A DNA stretch of 62,048 nt, filler included, from Sphacelaria rigidula (GCA_964200075.2; 8 parts of 8 records of this genome joined end to end with filler, not necessarily neighbours in it), one strand, 5' to 3'; positions 25,601 to 38,884 are shown, numbered from the whole stretch's first letter. Translations and numbers: made by a program. The notes: generated by a model from the sequence alone, not told the origin.

Positions 25601-26329
25601 TGTTATGATTTATTCGCTTCGCTGCTTCAAGGTCACCAAGATGATTCTTGCTTTCGTTCGTGCGACTCATGATCATGTCTACAACGGCTGGTGGAGTGTG
25701 TTGCCATTGCGGAGACTGCTCTCTCTTCTTGAACGCCAGCTTGCACTGTGGCTTTCTCTTCTCCTTCAGTTCAGAGTTAGTCCATACTTACCGCAAGGTG
25801 AGATTAGATACAAAGCTCGCTATCGATGGTGGCGTGGTGATGGCACAGGGTGCAGGAGAACGAGCGCTACTCTTGCCACTATCACAAGCGATGCGCAGAC
25901 GGGGTAAATGTCTCGCAGACACAAAAGCTTCTAGGGGTTCGGTCGAAGTTTCAAATTCCACACCTGCCGTGTTAATCGTGTGATTTCACTCATGGTAAAT
26001 GTAAGATCCAGGATACTATAACGAGACTATCGGAGGAAAATGCGACGGATTAACCGATGCGAAACGGTACTGGTGATTTCCATGAATGATCCTGTTGAGC
26101 GACGGTTCTGATCGATTCTCGGAATGTTCTTGAAAGTGTTCGTTCTCACTTTTGTTCTTGAATGATCCGGAAACGACGGGGAGTTATCTTGTGGTATACG
26201 GTACATTTCTGCGGGATCAAACAGGAGATATTTGGTGTAGCTGGAGAAGGATTCTCGATGATGCACCTCCGCATCTCTCGCCCCACCGTGTTCAGTGTGT
26301 GTGTGCTTTTCTTCCCATGAGCGGTTTGA

Positions 26330-26785
26330 TGTAAATGAGACACTATGAGGCAACTATACACTTCTGCTTCTGTGACTTCATTTTCGACAGCGGACGCTGT
26401 GCGAGATTGCCTTCTACGTTTTTGGTTGAGCAGTGAGTGCTCAAGCCATATAACTCTAGACTCTACCGAACACGCTAGCGCGTTCCTCGGAACAAAGAGT
26501 AGGGTAATTACGTCAGATAAGGCTGTATCATGGGCGGTACAGGAGAAGAGCGGAGTGTGGTGGAGGAGCTGAAGGCTCCACCTCAGGCATTGGTGGTAAC
26601 ACCAGAGGACTACCACAGCTTTCAAGAATGGAAAGTGTCTCGAGCTAGGGGGGGGTTCACAGCTGGGCGCACAGGAAGGAGCAGCCCCGAGAGAGTTTGG
26701 GGCTGACACAACACTCACTGGATCGACCGGTTTGGGATTACGTCGACTAGGGGCGGGGGCTGGAGCACAGCCCAGGGGCACAACA
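26330..26785 (+). repeat. Candidate 5' LTR of the copia element
   Basis: TG...CAACA block immediately upstream of gag. The second LTR is absent, so the boundaries are unconfirmed. Confidence 0.3.
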
Positions 26786-26816
26786 GGTACCCATGCCCCT
26801 GGCACATCGTTAGGCA

Positions 26817-29800
26817 TGATGTCTGGTCTTGGTTTTCCCAGCACAGGGGGTATGCGAGATGTCGATTGCAGTTTGCAAAACCGAGGAAGTACACAATCAG
26901 CGTCGTTACTAATGAGTGTGGATTCTAGGACGTTGGCAGCAAAGGATATCACAAAGTTCACGAGCAACTAAAGTCATAGATGGACGACTTTTAAGCGTGA
27001 TGTAGAGCGATATGCGTTCATGTAGGGTTTCAGAGATGGATTGTTTTGCGACCCACCGCTTTGAGTTGATCCTCTAAACGAACCGCAGCTGTTAGGGTTG
27101 GGTGTCAGTCAGGACGACATCAAGCGAGCTCGCTTTTCGTGTATTGTGTGTTCTCAACACTGTCAAGGATCCGGTCGCGAGACATATCCTTGTGGATTCG
27201 CGATCACCGTCCATAGCATGGCGTGCATTGGACGAACAGTTCTCTCCCAATACCTCGGGAGCTAGGATGGATATCTTGGACGAGTTCAACAATCTGAAGT
27301 ACACAAAAGGGCAGGATACACATGAGTTCTGGATCCAACTACATTCAGTGCACTCGCGTTCTGTAATGTTGGGATTGGAGATTTCCCGTGAGATGATGGT
27401 GGATAAATTCCTAGATTCTCTCCCCGCTGAGTACACCACGATTCGAGATCAGTTGCGTTTCGAACCATCACTGTTGACTGACAAGACCCGAGCCGTTGCA
27501 AAGGATGGATTTTTGTCTCTGCAGAAAACCGGTACTTCGCGTGGTAGTGATCACAACCGTGCCTTGTATGCAGACAATTAGGGGTTCGGCTACAGGAGTA
27601 AGAAGAAAGGGGGCGGAAAGTCGCAGAAATCCGCGGCTGGATCAAGTGATGGAAATACAGTCAGATGGAAAAGTAGGTGGTGACGGTAGTTCCTCGGGTA
27701 AGAAAGCTGTAGATAAGAAAAGCCTCACCTGTTACGAGTGTGGCAAAACTGGCCATTTTAAGTCTGAGTGCCCAGAACGTGTTTGCGAGGTGTGCGGAGG
27801 AGAAGGATATTCGAAAGAGTTCCACAAAATGGTCGCAATGTGCACGTCTGACTCTTTTATGGACTCAGTAGACTTTGATTTCATAGCAGTGGGGACTGAC
27901 GAATGCGCGTCTGCAGCAGATGGTACACGAGGGGACTGCCCAGTTCTTGACGACGGGGGGCAAGAGGTTTGGATTGCAGACAGTGCTGCAACATGTCATA
28001 TGATCCCTTCGCGTGACTGCATGTATGACCATGAGCCTGCTCTGATCGTTCGGTAACGGTGGCTAACAGTCAAAAGGCGCCGATTTTGGGCCTTGGAAAA
28101 ATCCTGTTGTCGACAGGTAGTGGCGAAGGCATGCCAACATTCAGTATCAAGCGCGTGGCACATGTGCGTGATTTGGACGTGAACCTTTTCTCCCTGCAGA
28201 GTGTAGTGATTGAGCGTGGTTTGCCGATAAGTCTGACGAGAGAGGGCACTGAAATCACGTTGCCCGGTGGGAAGAAACTGCCTTTCGAGAAGGACGGCAG
28301 GAACGATGTCGTGACCGCAACTCGCCGTAGCCTGCCATCCAATTGTTCGTCGAAAACCCATCAGTCTGACCCCGATGAATCCGCGCAAGCTGTCCTTGCC
28401 CCGGGCAAGATGTCTGTTGACCGTAATCAGGTGGACATAAATTTGTTTCACCAGTCACACGGGCACCTGCACGAGGGTTTGTTACGAGAAACGGCGAAAC
28501 AGCTGGGGGTGACACTGGTGGGCAAGTTGCACGAATGCAAAGGCTGCTCAATGGCGCAGGGGTTGCGGAAACCCATCCATACGTCCACCACTACGCGTGC
28601 AGCTGAGTCTTTTGAGCGTGTGTTCATGGATGTGTCTGGCCCGAAATCGAAAGTGCAGGTGGCATGAAGTACTCTTTTCTCAGGATGATTTCACCCGGCA
28701 AATCTGGATGTATTTCGGGAAACATAAGTCTGACACCACGAGGGCATTTAAGCAATACCTGGCTGATGTAGGAGCACAGTGCATTCCCTCAGTTGTAGAG
28801 ACCGTAAGATCTGACGGTGGTGGAGGGTTTTCAGGTACTTTCAGTGATGTGTGTCGTGAGCGTGGCATGAGGCAAGAGTATAGCCCAGCAGACAGTCCCG
28901 AGTACAATGGTGTTGCCGAATGGGCAACCGCGATGATTGAGAACGCCGTTATGGCAGCTAGAATGCAGGCAAAGGTACTGTATGGCGTGGATGTTCCGGC
29001 AAGGATGTGGGCTGAGTCGTATCTTTGGGCAACTGCGTTGAACCGTTCTGCTACCACTGCTAACCCTGGGAAGAAGTCCCCAGATAAGGTGTTTTACGGT
29101 GAAGTGCCTGAAGTCAAGCTTCTCCCTTTCTTCAAGCCAGGATACTGTAGGTATAAGAGAACGTCGAAGAGTATGCCGAAAGCACAGGAGTGTTTTTACT
29201 TAAGGCCTGGCTACAACTGCCCCCGTGATGCCATGAGAATGCAGACGAATGGCAGTTATGAAATCACTACTCGCGATGTTCCTTGGCAGCACTCAGCCCC
29301 CCCAAAATCGCAGCAAGCGGTTCCGTTTTCTATGTCGGGAGGGGAAAACTCACAGGATACGGAGAGCGGGGAGGGCGATGTCGAGAGCTCTGATTCTGAC
29401 TTTGACGAGTCGGATCTCGGCACTGGTGGGGGGGTTCCGGGTGATGCTTTTTCAGAGGATCCTACTGGGATGGTGGAACCTGAGGAGGAGCGAGGCGGCA
29501 ACAACGGCGACGAGTCTGGCCAGCAGCCGTCTGCTTCGTCTTCATCCTCTGATGATGATCTTTCGGAGACATCGTCTGTCGGCGGCGGGGATGCCACAAA
29601 TTAACCTGATTCGGTTGAGCCGACACTTGACCGGGCAAGGCAACAGACACGTGCCTTGCTGCAGCAGCGTCAGGAGCAGCGACTTCAACAGCAAGTTCCA
29701 GACCTGCGGGAGCATGAGGGTGATCATAATGCGTTGTGGACAGCCATGGGGGATTTATGGGCTACGGAACAGATCCTAGCTCAGCTGGCAAGCACGGAGG

Positions 29801-30910
29801 ACCCAAGACACTCGGGTTGGAGTTGATCCCATACGTGGCTCTTGATGAGATTGAGTCAGCCCCCAAGTCGGTGAAGGATGTGTACAGTTCGAAGTACAAA
29901 AGTGTGTGGTTGGACGCGATGGAAAAGGAAGTAGACGGGCTAGAACGCAATAACACGCGGACCGTAATTGACTCTCCCCCGTTTGGAGAGAAAGGAGTCG
30001 ATTCGAAGTGGGTTTTTCAGTGGAAAACCGATGAACATGGATACGTGATGAAGGGGCTCGACTGGTTTTTTGGGGTGATCGGCAAGAAATTGGCGAAATT
30101 CCCACGTTCTTACCAACCCCACCCACGACGACTAACCGAGTAACTGTAGGTAGCTTGAGGGGAAGACGATTTTTCATATTGACGTTAAGCAAGCTTTCGT
30201 TCAGTGGGAACTAGAGGATGACGTGTACATGAGGCTACCACCAGGTGTGGGTGAACGAGCTGGCACTGTCGTGCATTTGCACAAGACGCTTCATGGCTTG
30301 AAGCAATGCTGCTAGGGAAAACTCTGAAAGGTCCGGGTTTCGAACAGGGTTTGGTAGATCCGTGTGTGTTGAGGCTGATGGACAGCGAGGAGGTCAAAGT
30401 TCTGATTGTGGTTCACGTCGATGATATGTTCGTTGTAGGTGCTGAGTCTCTGTGCAACAAGTTGGCAGAGGATCTCAACGCACATTTTCCAACGAAGAAC
30501 CTCATATTGTCTCAGACTGCGTATACTCAGCGGATTCTTGAAAGATTTTAGATCAAAAGGACCGATGCAACCCCTGCGTTTGTTTCTTCTGACTTCAAGG
30601 TGGATAAGGGGGAGGATTTCGAGGAGAGTAGAGGTACCGTGAGGCGGTGGGATCTTTGATGTGGCTCTCCATCAACACCCGGCCGGACATCGCTGACGCC
30701 GTGAGAGCTGCATCCCGCCACAACAAAAACCCGACGCCTAAGGACTGGCGCAAAGTGTTGCGGATTTCCGAGTACCTCAAGACAACAGTAGACTTGAGAA
30801 TCACGTATGCTAGGGGTTCGAGTGACGAGTTGGTGGCGTATGCGGATGCAGACTATGCGAAATTCGATGATCGGCGTTCAGTGTCTGGAGGAGCGATATT
30901 TTTCTGCGAG
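26817..30910 (+). mobile_element. Ty1/copia LTR retrotransposon, degenerate gag-pol
   Basis: In order: gag, Zn knuckle CYECGKTGHFKSEC, protease WIADSAATCHM, HQSHGH..CKGC, integrase (MDVSGP, DDFTR, VRSDGGG, PEYNGVAE), RT (WLDAMEKE, KWVF, VHVDD), RNase H start (YADADYA..DRRSVSG). Integrase precedes RT, which is the copia order. Many stops and frameshifts. Confidence 0.95.
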
Positions 30911-30976
30911 GAACAGTGTTTTCGTGAGATTGAGAGTAGATGATACGATCGAGTGGCTTTGATCATTCGCTTTAAG
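30911..30976 (+). repeat. Terminus of repeat family C (AACAGTGTTTTCGTGAGATTGAG...), also at 46448-46512 and 61926-61970
   Basis: Three similar copies with the same sharp left boundary. Two of them run straight into contig ends. Confidence 0.75.
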
Positions 30977-31662
30977 NNNNNNNNNNNNNNNNNNNNNNNN
31001 NNNNNNNNNNNNNNNNNNNNTTAATTAATTAANNNNNNNNNNNNNNNNNNNNNNNNNNNNNNNNNNNNNNNNNNNNTCCCTGGGGATCACTCTTGACCAA
31101 GACTCTCAGACTTCGTCATCGGGCTAACTCGCTCGCGCTCGTCGAGCTTTCCCGAGTGATCCACTTTGCCTCAACCCCACGACTTACGGTCAATCCTTGA
31201 CTAGATAACCCGAGGGAAATCATCGGCCACCTTCGACGGTTTCTACCGTCACCGGGAGTCTCACGACTTCCACAAACAAGATAAAACTAGAACTGCCTAT
31301 ATGTCAGACCATAATAATTGGGCATGAGTTCTCACCCATGAGCCCTACGGAAGCAAGGCACCGAAGTACTACTACACAACATTGAGAGGAAAACAACAAC
31401 GAGAGAGAGAAAAATATGGAACAGAGGAGAAAAATACGGAGGCGATGAGACACAAAGACAAAGAAGTACAACATGTGGACATGTACAGGAGAACAACCAG
31501 GCACACCACTAGGCCACGACGTGCGGTGCCGAGATATCATTTTCACCAAAGGATACACAAGCTGGGAGCGACAGATATTCGGTTGCTGTGCGGTTGACAT
31601 GAGGTGGTCTGAACCTACACTGCTATATACTTGCTGCAACAGATAGAGGACGGACAACTCAC

Positions 31663-34600
31663 CTCTTCCCACCCCTCTACTCCTCCCCCTTCACCTCCGT
31701 TTTCACTGCCACCTTCTCGCAGCTGCCCCAGCATCGCGTTCGCCTTATGCCTTTTGCTAGTCACTCCATCCTCCGTTGAGGTGGACAAGTTCAGCTGCAC
31801 AACGGCAAACGAGTGTTCAGGTCGCAGGCATTACAGCTTTCCATCCTTCGTCCGCACAGGGACCCTGTACGTATACATTGTTGCGTACTGCAGGAACGCA
31901 ACCCGAAGTTCAGCTGCATAACGGCGAACGAGTGTTCAGGTCGCAGGCATTACAGCTTCCCATCCTTCGTCCACACATGGACCCTGAGCGTATACATTGT
32001 TGCGTACTACAGGAAAGCAGGATAATCCGGAGTGAGCACGTGCTTGTAGAGTCCACAAATATCGATCTATTTATCTACGGCAACTGGGAGCGGCTGAAAA
32101 TCAAATTTCATGCACCTCGGTGCGATAGACTGAACCTTTGACAGACGCTCAGAGCTATCCGCGTTGCTCCTTTGCAGGGTCTCGTGTTGCTTGTAACGAG
32201 TCATGAGCATTGTGTGCTGAAGTGATAGTCTCTCCTGAGTAGCTTTCTTGAGAGACGTGTAATCCATGAGACAAGCCTGTTGCTCGCACGACTCCTCACG
32301 GAAGCGTGCGTAGACTTCCTTCACCAAACGCGCATCCTGGTCGAGTTTCAGCTCCAGTTCATCCACAAGCGCCTAGCAACCAAGAGGGTGAAGGTGTGTA
32401 CGTCCACTGAAATACTCACGGGCGAATGACCTCAACACAAGAAAAAACATTACATGACCACACTGCTCGCTAAAGAGAACTTAGAGACAAGGTGTACGAT
32501 CCTCTCCGGGTGTAGTGTGTCTGTCCTACATGTGTCTGTCGTACATTGAGTTTTCACACATCATCAAACACTCTTCGCCTTCCACCTTTTCAAATTTCGA
32601 ATGGCGATTCTACGGTCGCACGTGTCTTGGGAGTAGTGTCAGACCCGAGGCGCTTCGTTGAGTGCACACACTAGAAGAACGGTTTCCCCGTGCTCGAAGG
32701 TACCGACCGCAGATACCGACCGCACCCGTTCATTTGGTTCACCTTGGAGTGGGCAGGATGTCTCTCACACATGAGCAGCAAACACTTGTAGTTCTTCGCG
32801 AGTAATCTGGCATGGTTATGGGCCTTCATCACTTTGTCCTCCTTGCGAAGAAGTTGCGCAACCTGTATATCCGAAGCATCGTCGAATGTTTTCCCAGCCC
32901 TAGACAGCAAAATGTCACATCAACACCTTCGCAACGCGAAGCAATGTCCTGGAATAATCTGGTGGTAGATATTGTATAGAGACCGAGTAGATGTGCTCGC
33001 TAGACCCTCTTGAGGTAAAGCTGGGAGAACGCAACAGTTGGGGCTGTCTCACGCGTACCTTGTCTTCGCCTTGCCGTTTCGCACCAGCCAATTGGGACAT
33101 CTGATTGGCCTCGTCCGTCACCTTGGAAGGTAGCAGAACGGTGGAAACGGGATGCTCATTCACTATTCCAATCTTTACTCAGGTCGTTTCTGATTACTCC
33201 AGCTACGAGAAGACAAGCGGATGTGGAGTACAATGTGCAAACCACTTGCTACCCTCGCACTCGAGAAACTGGCGTCTACGTGCCTTCTAGTACACCGCTT
33301 CACCGCCCCTTTACCCCTCCGCGGGGACGAAACGTTATTCACCTGCTTCAGCTTTCGCTCCATTTCGACTCGTTTCACCGTGAAAGCGTCAAGTTCCCCC
33401 CGGTATTCTTGTATTTCTTGTCGAATAATGCCCACCATATTCGTCCAGTAGTTACCATCTTCTTCCGCAGCGCCACCCTTTTTTTCAATTAAGGTTGAAA
33501 TGGCATAGCATCACGAGAAGAGATTGGGAAGTAGTAGCCATATTTGGACGCCTGTTACTACCACGAGAGTCGCTGAGAGGCAACGCAGATGGAGATCAAG
33601 AGCTGCTATTTATTTTCCACAGAGTCTCCATACTCGTACCTCACCCGAGCCTCTCCTCGTGGTACGTCGACGCCTGCCGGCCTTCCGGTGACCAGGTGAC
33701 AACGAAGTCGTCGTCCCAATTCCCGGGAGTCTGGAGGGAGAGGTATGTTCACCGCCTGCTGTATACTCATAAAGTCACTCGTTGTAGCTATATTCAAGTG
33801 CCATGCATGAAAACTAGCCATCATCCATGACGGCATGGGCGGGTACGTAATGACACCATAGATCCGTCAGACTATCGTCAACTCTAGACATTCTTCATTT
33901 AGGTGGCACCCGGAGAATGCAGCGAATATCGATCAGAAAAAAAGGGACACTCTGGTGACAAAATCCGTACGATATTGCTTCACATGTTGCGTCATTGATG
34001 TCAGTTGCTTATGTTTTGTGTTTTGATGCTATTATAGTGCTCACCGCTACTCGGCTGATGCTCCTTCGGGCTGCCCCCTGTACCTCCAGCACGCCCTGCG
34101 TGTTCGTTATCCTTTCCGTTGCCGACCTTCGACTCCGACAATAGGCCTGGCATACCCTTTCCCGCCTCCTGCGGTGAACAAAACGCGACTCAGGAGAACG
34201 TTTTTTGTCGCTCGACTATGATAAGAGCGTCTTTACACAACCGTGCATGGCGCCGCATCTCTGGGTCATAGTGAAAAGGGACATTCTGACACAACTCGTT
34301 TCGGACCCGGCCGCACCATCACACCATTAGTAAAAATGCTCACCACCCAAACTAGAAACTACCACGCGTCACGTAACCTACGGTCCACCACAGGGAATGG
34401 CTGACCTTTTTGGGGTTCTTCGACGCGTACTGTGCCATTTTCCCGGTGACCATTAAATCCAGTTGACCCTTCACGGCAATGCCGTCCACGTATTTCTCGC
34501 CACAATTGGCCAGAGCCACCCAGGGGAACTTGACCAGCAAGACAAGACAACATACAGCACATAACACACGGGAAAAACATGAGCACGATTCGTCCTTGCA

Positions 34601-37600
34601 ATTGTCACGTACAACCTGACTTCAAAAACATTTAGCCACCAATTGAGCATGCAGTTATGAAGTCAACCTGTGTTTTTGACTTCAACAATTCGTCAGTGTG
34701 ACAGAGGTGGCGGAATGACGAGGGGGAGCTGATTTCTTGATATCCATTTCAATTTCCCGAGAGCTGAACGCTTCGGCTAGCTCGCCTGTATCCACATCCA
34801 ACGATGATAAAAGTATGTGGTGCAGTCAGGGAAGTCCTCGTTTGGTTTAGGCGGCTGGTCCATTCCCGACGGCTTGTCGTCCTCCCTTGTCTCGCTTAGC
34901 TGAGGCTTGTTCAGCACACTTCGGCCGTCCTCATCGATGCTCAGGAATGGCACTCCAAGTGATCCCAGATCCTGTCAAAGAAACACGCATACGCGCATAT
35001 TCACAACACAACTTGTTCCGGACTGACGGGTCGCTATGTCGCTATGTAAGGTATGCCGCATATGGAGATTGATGTGGACAACGACAACCGGCTTTGCTTC
35101 GCGACCGTACCTCATTAGGGATGTGTGGGTGCACAAATTGAGGAATGTCTGCCGCCTCCTCGTGGCCAAGGGTGCTGAACTCGAGCATGAAGTCGGCAAT
35201 CTCCAAGATCACAGCTGCAATTCTTTCGTCGGATGGGTGAACCTGACCCACAACATAGAGCCACAATATAGAGCCACAATAGCGCGACATCAGGCGGAGT
35301 CAGTTGTAGAACATGCCGCGCCGCGTAACATTGTGCCACCAAGCTTCATTACGACATCTCGTTGCACATCGTGTACCTCACCTAGCCATGGCGTCCTTGG
35401 GTCCTACTCAAAATTGCTCAGCACAGGGGAAGGCGGGATGCCGTGCTATTGAGTAGCTATTCGAATAAGGGATATGTCATGTCATCACAGCAGAACCCAA
35501 CCCGACGTGACGTAGGCTTGGAAGCACCTTTAGATACTCCTCTGGCTATGTGGTCAAACTCACTGAAAGGATTGCTCCAGTGTAATACTGTATGAAGCAT
35601 ACCTTATCCTTGTACTCATCCAGACTGCGATTGTATTCCTCCACCATGTCGTAGCAAGGTCGCGGACTTTGATTCCATTCCATTGTCTTGGAAAACTCCG
35701 ACGTTACCAATTTTTTGGCATATGCATCCTGTAGGGTAGTCAAGCCACAAAGATGAAAAATGCCCCCGATATAGCAATACAATACTCCCGGGATGGTTCG
35801 TCGGTATCGCAGTGAACGGTTACAGTTCAGATTACGATTACAATTCCGATATCTACGGAGTCCTTTCTGAGATGCTTCCGGCTGCTATGTTAGACATCTG
35901 AACGGGTTGTCTCGTGTTACAATCAACAGGGGTTTGAGGGGAAAAGACGCTGGAGTTGGTGGTCGTGAGTGTGAGATTGAACGTCATCATAAACGTTTAT
36001 CGTGCAACGTAATACTGTACCAGTAGATCGTGCGGCGAAACACCACTACACAACATGCTGCAGTAAACATATTGCTCGAAGCCTACAATGGTCGTTGGAC
36101 GCACCACTCACACGCCGCGACCTAGTCACCTGATTACTCGCGTTCGTGAGACTTGCCCACAGAGCGACAAACTCCTTTTTGTGAACAGGAGTCCACCAGA
36201 TTCCAAACATGTCGATGTCCACTAGACAGTTTTTCAGCTTACTCCAACATCCGGCCGCTTCCAAATGGAAAGGTTGACACTCCACCTACAGAGAGCAAAA
36301 ATACAAGGGGGGACACGGCGGTCCGCTCCTTTCCAACTCCTTTTCAGCTCCTAGTCACGCTTCTCTTCAAGGATAGAACGCAAAGCAGCAAGTGCCAGTT
36401 GGACTTGAAAATGTGCCGTACTCACACATGCATCATAGCACGGCCACACCTCTCTCTATTATAGAGCGTTGTACTCATCTGTGCAACGCTTTCATCGCGA
36501 GAACGGTGATATTCGAAGGACGGGGGCCGTGCACCAGTTGCCCGCTTGGAATTGACGTTGGTTGGATCGTACCTTCCGGTCTGAAGCAGGGAGACGAGCA
36601 AAGTACCGCGCCATCTGGATGTGTAGACGGACCATGGTTTCGGGGCTCTGGATGTACTTGGAGTACACAACTCCGCGAAACTCCTCGTGGCTGAAGCTAC
36701 GCTGCCCTTGTACCAACATGGTGTTGTCCTGCACAGGAGACGAACGAATATCGGAGCAACTTCGTGAGAGATTGTACGTCCCTTGGGTAGCAGGCAGTGT
36801 TGAGCGCTCACATGTGCAGTCTCAATCAAGAGACGCCGTGGTCCCGTGGTTTCGAAGCAACAAAGGTTGACGTTCATTCCTTCTTTTTCGAGAAGCGCGA
36901 AGGCACTGCGATCATTCATACGCGAAACTGCAGGGAGAACCGCGTTTTGGCCACCACGTGCCTCCCGTTCTTGCCCTTAGCATCCGGTGCCACGCAGACA
37001 CATGAACGTACAATCTCTGCATCGCGTAGCGCACCTTGAGCACGAGCAGCAGCACACGCTTGTTTTCGGCTGACAGTTCGTATCCAAGGTTGATCTCGGC
37101 GGCACCCCATACCTTGTACAACGTTCACCGGATATGGATACCAACGAGGGGAAAATCGATCGATGGATAACCAACTTCAAGGACGGTTTGGCATTTAATC
37201 ATATGGCAACAAAATGCCCGAGTCAGAACTGAACACGTTCGCCGTGGGATATGTGCTTGTACCCACCCGGCCGCGTAGCTCGCATCACCGAGTCCATTTG
37301 CTACTCGCAGCCAGAGCATATGTTATGGCCTTTGAACGTTGTCATTTTTTTCACAGGCATTGCGGACCATCTCGTCCGCCCACGGCCGTCCTTGAGGCAA
37401 CTCTGAGCTAGTCATGTTAGCACCATATGCTGCATGCAATTTTCGCTTTGCTCTTTTTTCCCGCGCGTGATGATCAATCCGTTTTCGAAAAAGTAGTTTT
37501 GCGATCCATCTTCGCAAAGGGTTGTGCGGAATGCCATACACTCACCTCGTCATCCATGAGGCCATTGCGAGCGGCATACAGGACGGACAGCACCGCGCCC

Positions 37601-38389
37601 ATGATCTTTGCACCGATCTGTCATAGCCAGGGGGGCAAATGGAGGACATCACGGGTAATATTGACTCCCACTGTTCAGGTCGTATTCCTTCACGAACTTT
37701 AGCTGAGCGTGTGAACGCACGGCTGGAGGACAGAGAAATTGGAGTAGAGTACTCTCATGGACTGGTTGGGAGTACATGAATGCGTGCAAAGTATGAAGCA
37801 AACATGATGGATCAAGTGCTGCCATTCACCCGCAGTTTGTTTTGTCTACTTGTTTTGAAACGAACCTCTCCTTCGTCCACATACGTCGCGTACACGTCTA
37901 GAACTTTCGATGTCAGAGAGATGCTGTCTTTTGTCGATAGGTACATATCCAGGAGGCGATCCGGCACGCTTCCCGCGCAGGTATCCGTATCGGCCTCCGT
38001 CGGCGACTTTCCAGCAGTGTCGGCAACATCCGTACCCGATTGACTGCCAGGGATCAAGGCAGAAGACGCTGGAACATGGTCAGATCCATCCAGTGCCACT
38101 CCTTGCCGCAGCGCGTAAAGTAGGGTGCGAAGGTACATGGGCTTTGACTGCACCTCGAGGTGTATGGTACGCTTGATCTGTACATCAACCAGAGTGAGGG
38201 TGAGAAGAATTTATGAGTCTGCAGGCTCAGGCTATTGGATGGCGTAAACCCTGTTACCCCCAATGAATGCGTACACTAACCTGTTCTTTGGTGAGCCGAA
38301 TCTGGTTAGGGTGCATCTTCATAAAGGCGCGGATGATGGCTTCCTGACACTCGCCGTTCATGGCTTCCATCGTAAGCACCGGACAGTTC
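31663..38389 (-). CDS. Multi-exon gene, internal part: post-NACHT helical region (NPHP3/TEP1/NWD-like) followed by coiled coil
   Basis: 17 phase-consistent exons: 38389-38281, 38177-37866, 37617-37546, 37112-37035, 36728-36573, 36285-36130, 35728-35603, 35242-35111, 34971-34786, 34528-34406, 34168-34045, 33755-33640, 33477-33343, 33121-33059, 32862-32743, 32372-32136, 31794-31663 (2377 nt, 792 codons, no stop). Motifs: LTKEQIKR..SKPMYLRTLL, LYAARNGLMDDE, FSHEEFR..VYSKY, HIQMARYF, PFHLEAAGCWSKLKNCLVD. Start, P-loop and stop lie outside the contig. The exon structure is better supported than the family call. Confidence 0.88.
31787..32019. repeat. 119-bp tandem duplication spanning an intron 3' end and splice acceptor
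   Basis: AAGTTCAGCTGCA... starts at 31787 and again at 31906, and the two units are highly similar. Confidence 0.9.
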
Positions 38390-38844
38390 CTGCGGAAAAC
38401 CGTTAATTATTTTGATAGTGAAGAGGTGGTGGGCTAGCCGCAATTTTCGCGGGTTCTTGCTGGAAGGTTTTCATGGCGGTGCGCGTCAAGCGCTATTCCA
38501 CACTCTTGACTAACGCGATGTTGGCCGTTCCTCTTGTAAAGATGGAAAATGTCGCGGGGTGTCTTCAATTTGACTCTGAAAACGGTTCACCCCACCAATA
38601 TATGCACCCCTGGAAGATAGAGACGCCTTACAATACGTTTTTGTTGCAGGTGTTGCATGATACAGCTGCTTCCGTGAATATTATTATTATTGTTGTTATT
38701 ATTATTATTATTATTATTGTTGTTATTATTATTATTATTATTATNNNNNNNNNNNNNNNNNNNNNNNNNNNNNNNNNNNNNNNNNNNNTTAATTAATTAA
38801 NNNNNNNNNNNNNNNNNNNNNNNNNNNNNNNNNNNNNNNNNNNN

Positions 38845-38884
38845 TAGACTACTGACCAGTCAGCGCTGACTGGTCAGTAGTCTA
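38845..38884. repeat. Perfect 40-bp palindrome at a contig start
   Basis: TAGACTACTGACCAGTCAGC|GCTGACTGGTCAGTAGTCTA. Confidence 0.9.

Noticed and set aside
26786..26805. Primer-binding site GGTACCCATGCCCC for the copia element
   Set aside because: It does not clearly match a canonical tRNA 3' end or the iMet half-tRNA PBS, and cannot be assigned without the tRNA set.
26146..26967. 273-aa minus-strand ORF
   Set aside because: It is antisense to the copia LTR/gag start and has no recognisable motif.
30911..31300. Copia element inserted next to or into the NACHT-like gene
   Set aside because: The two are on different contigs separated by an artificial linker.
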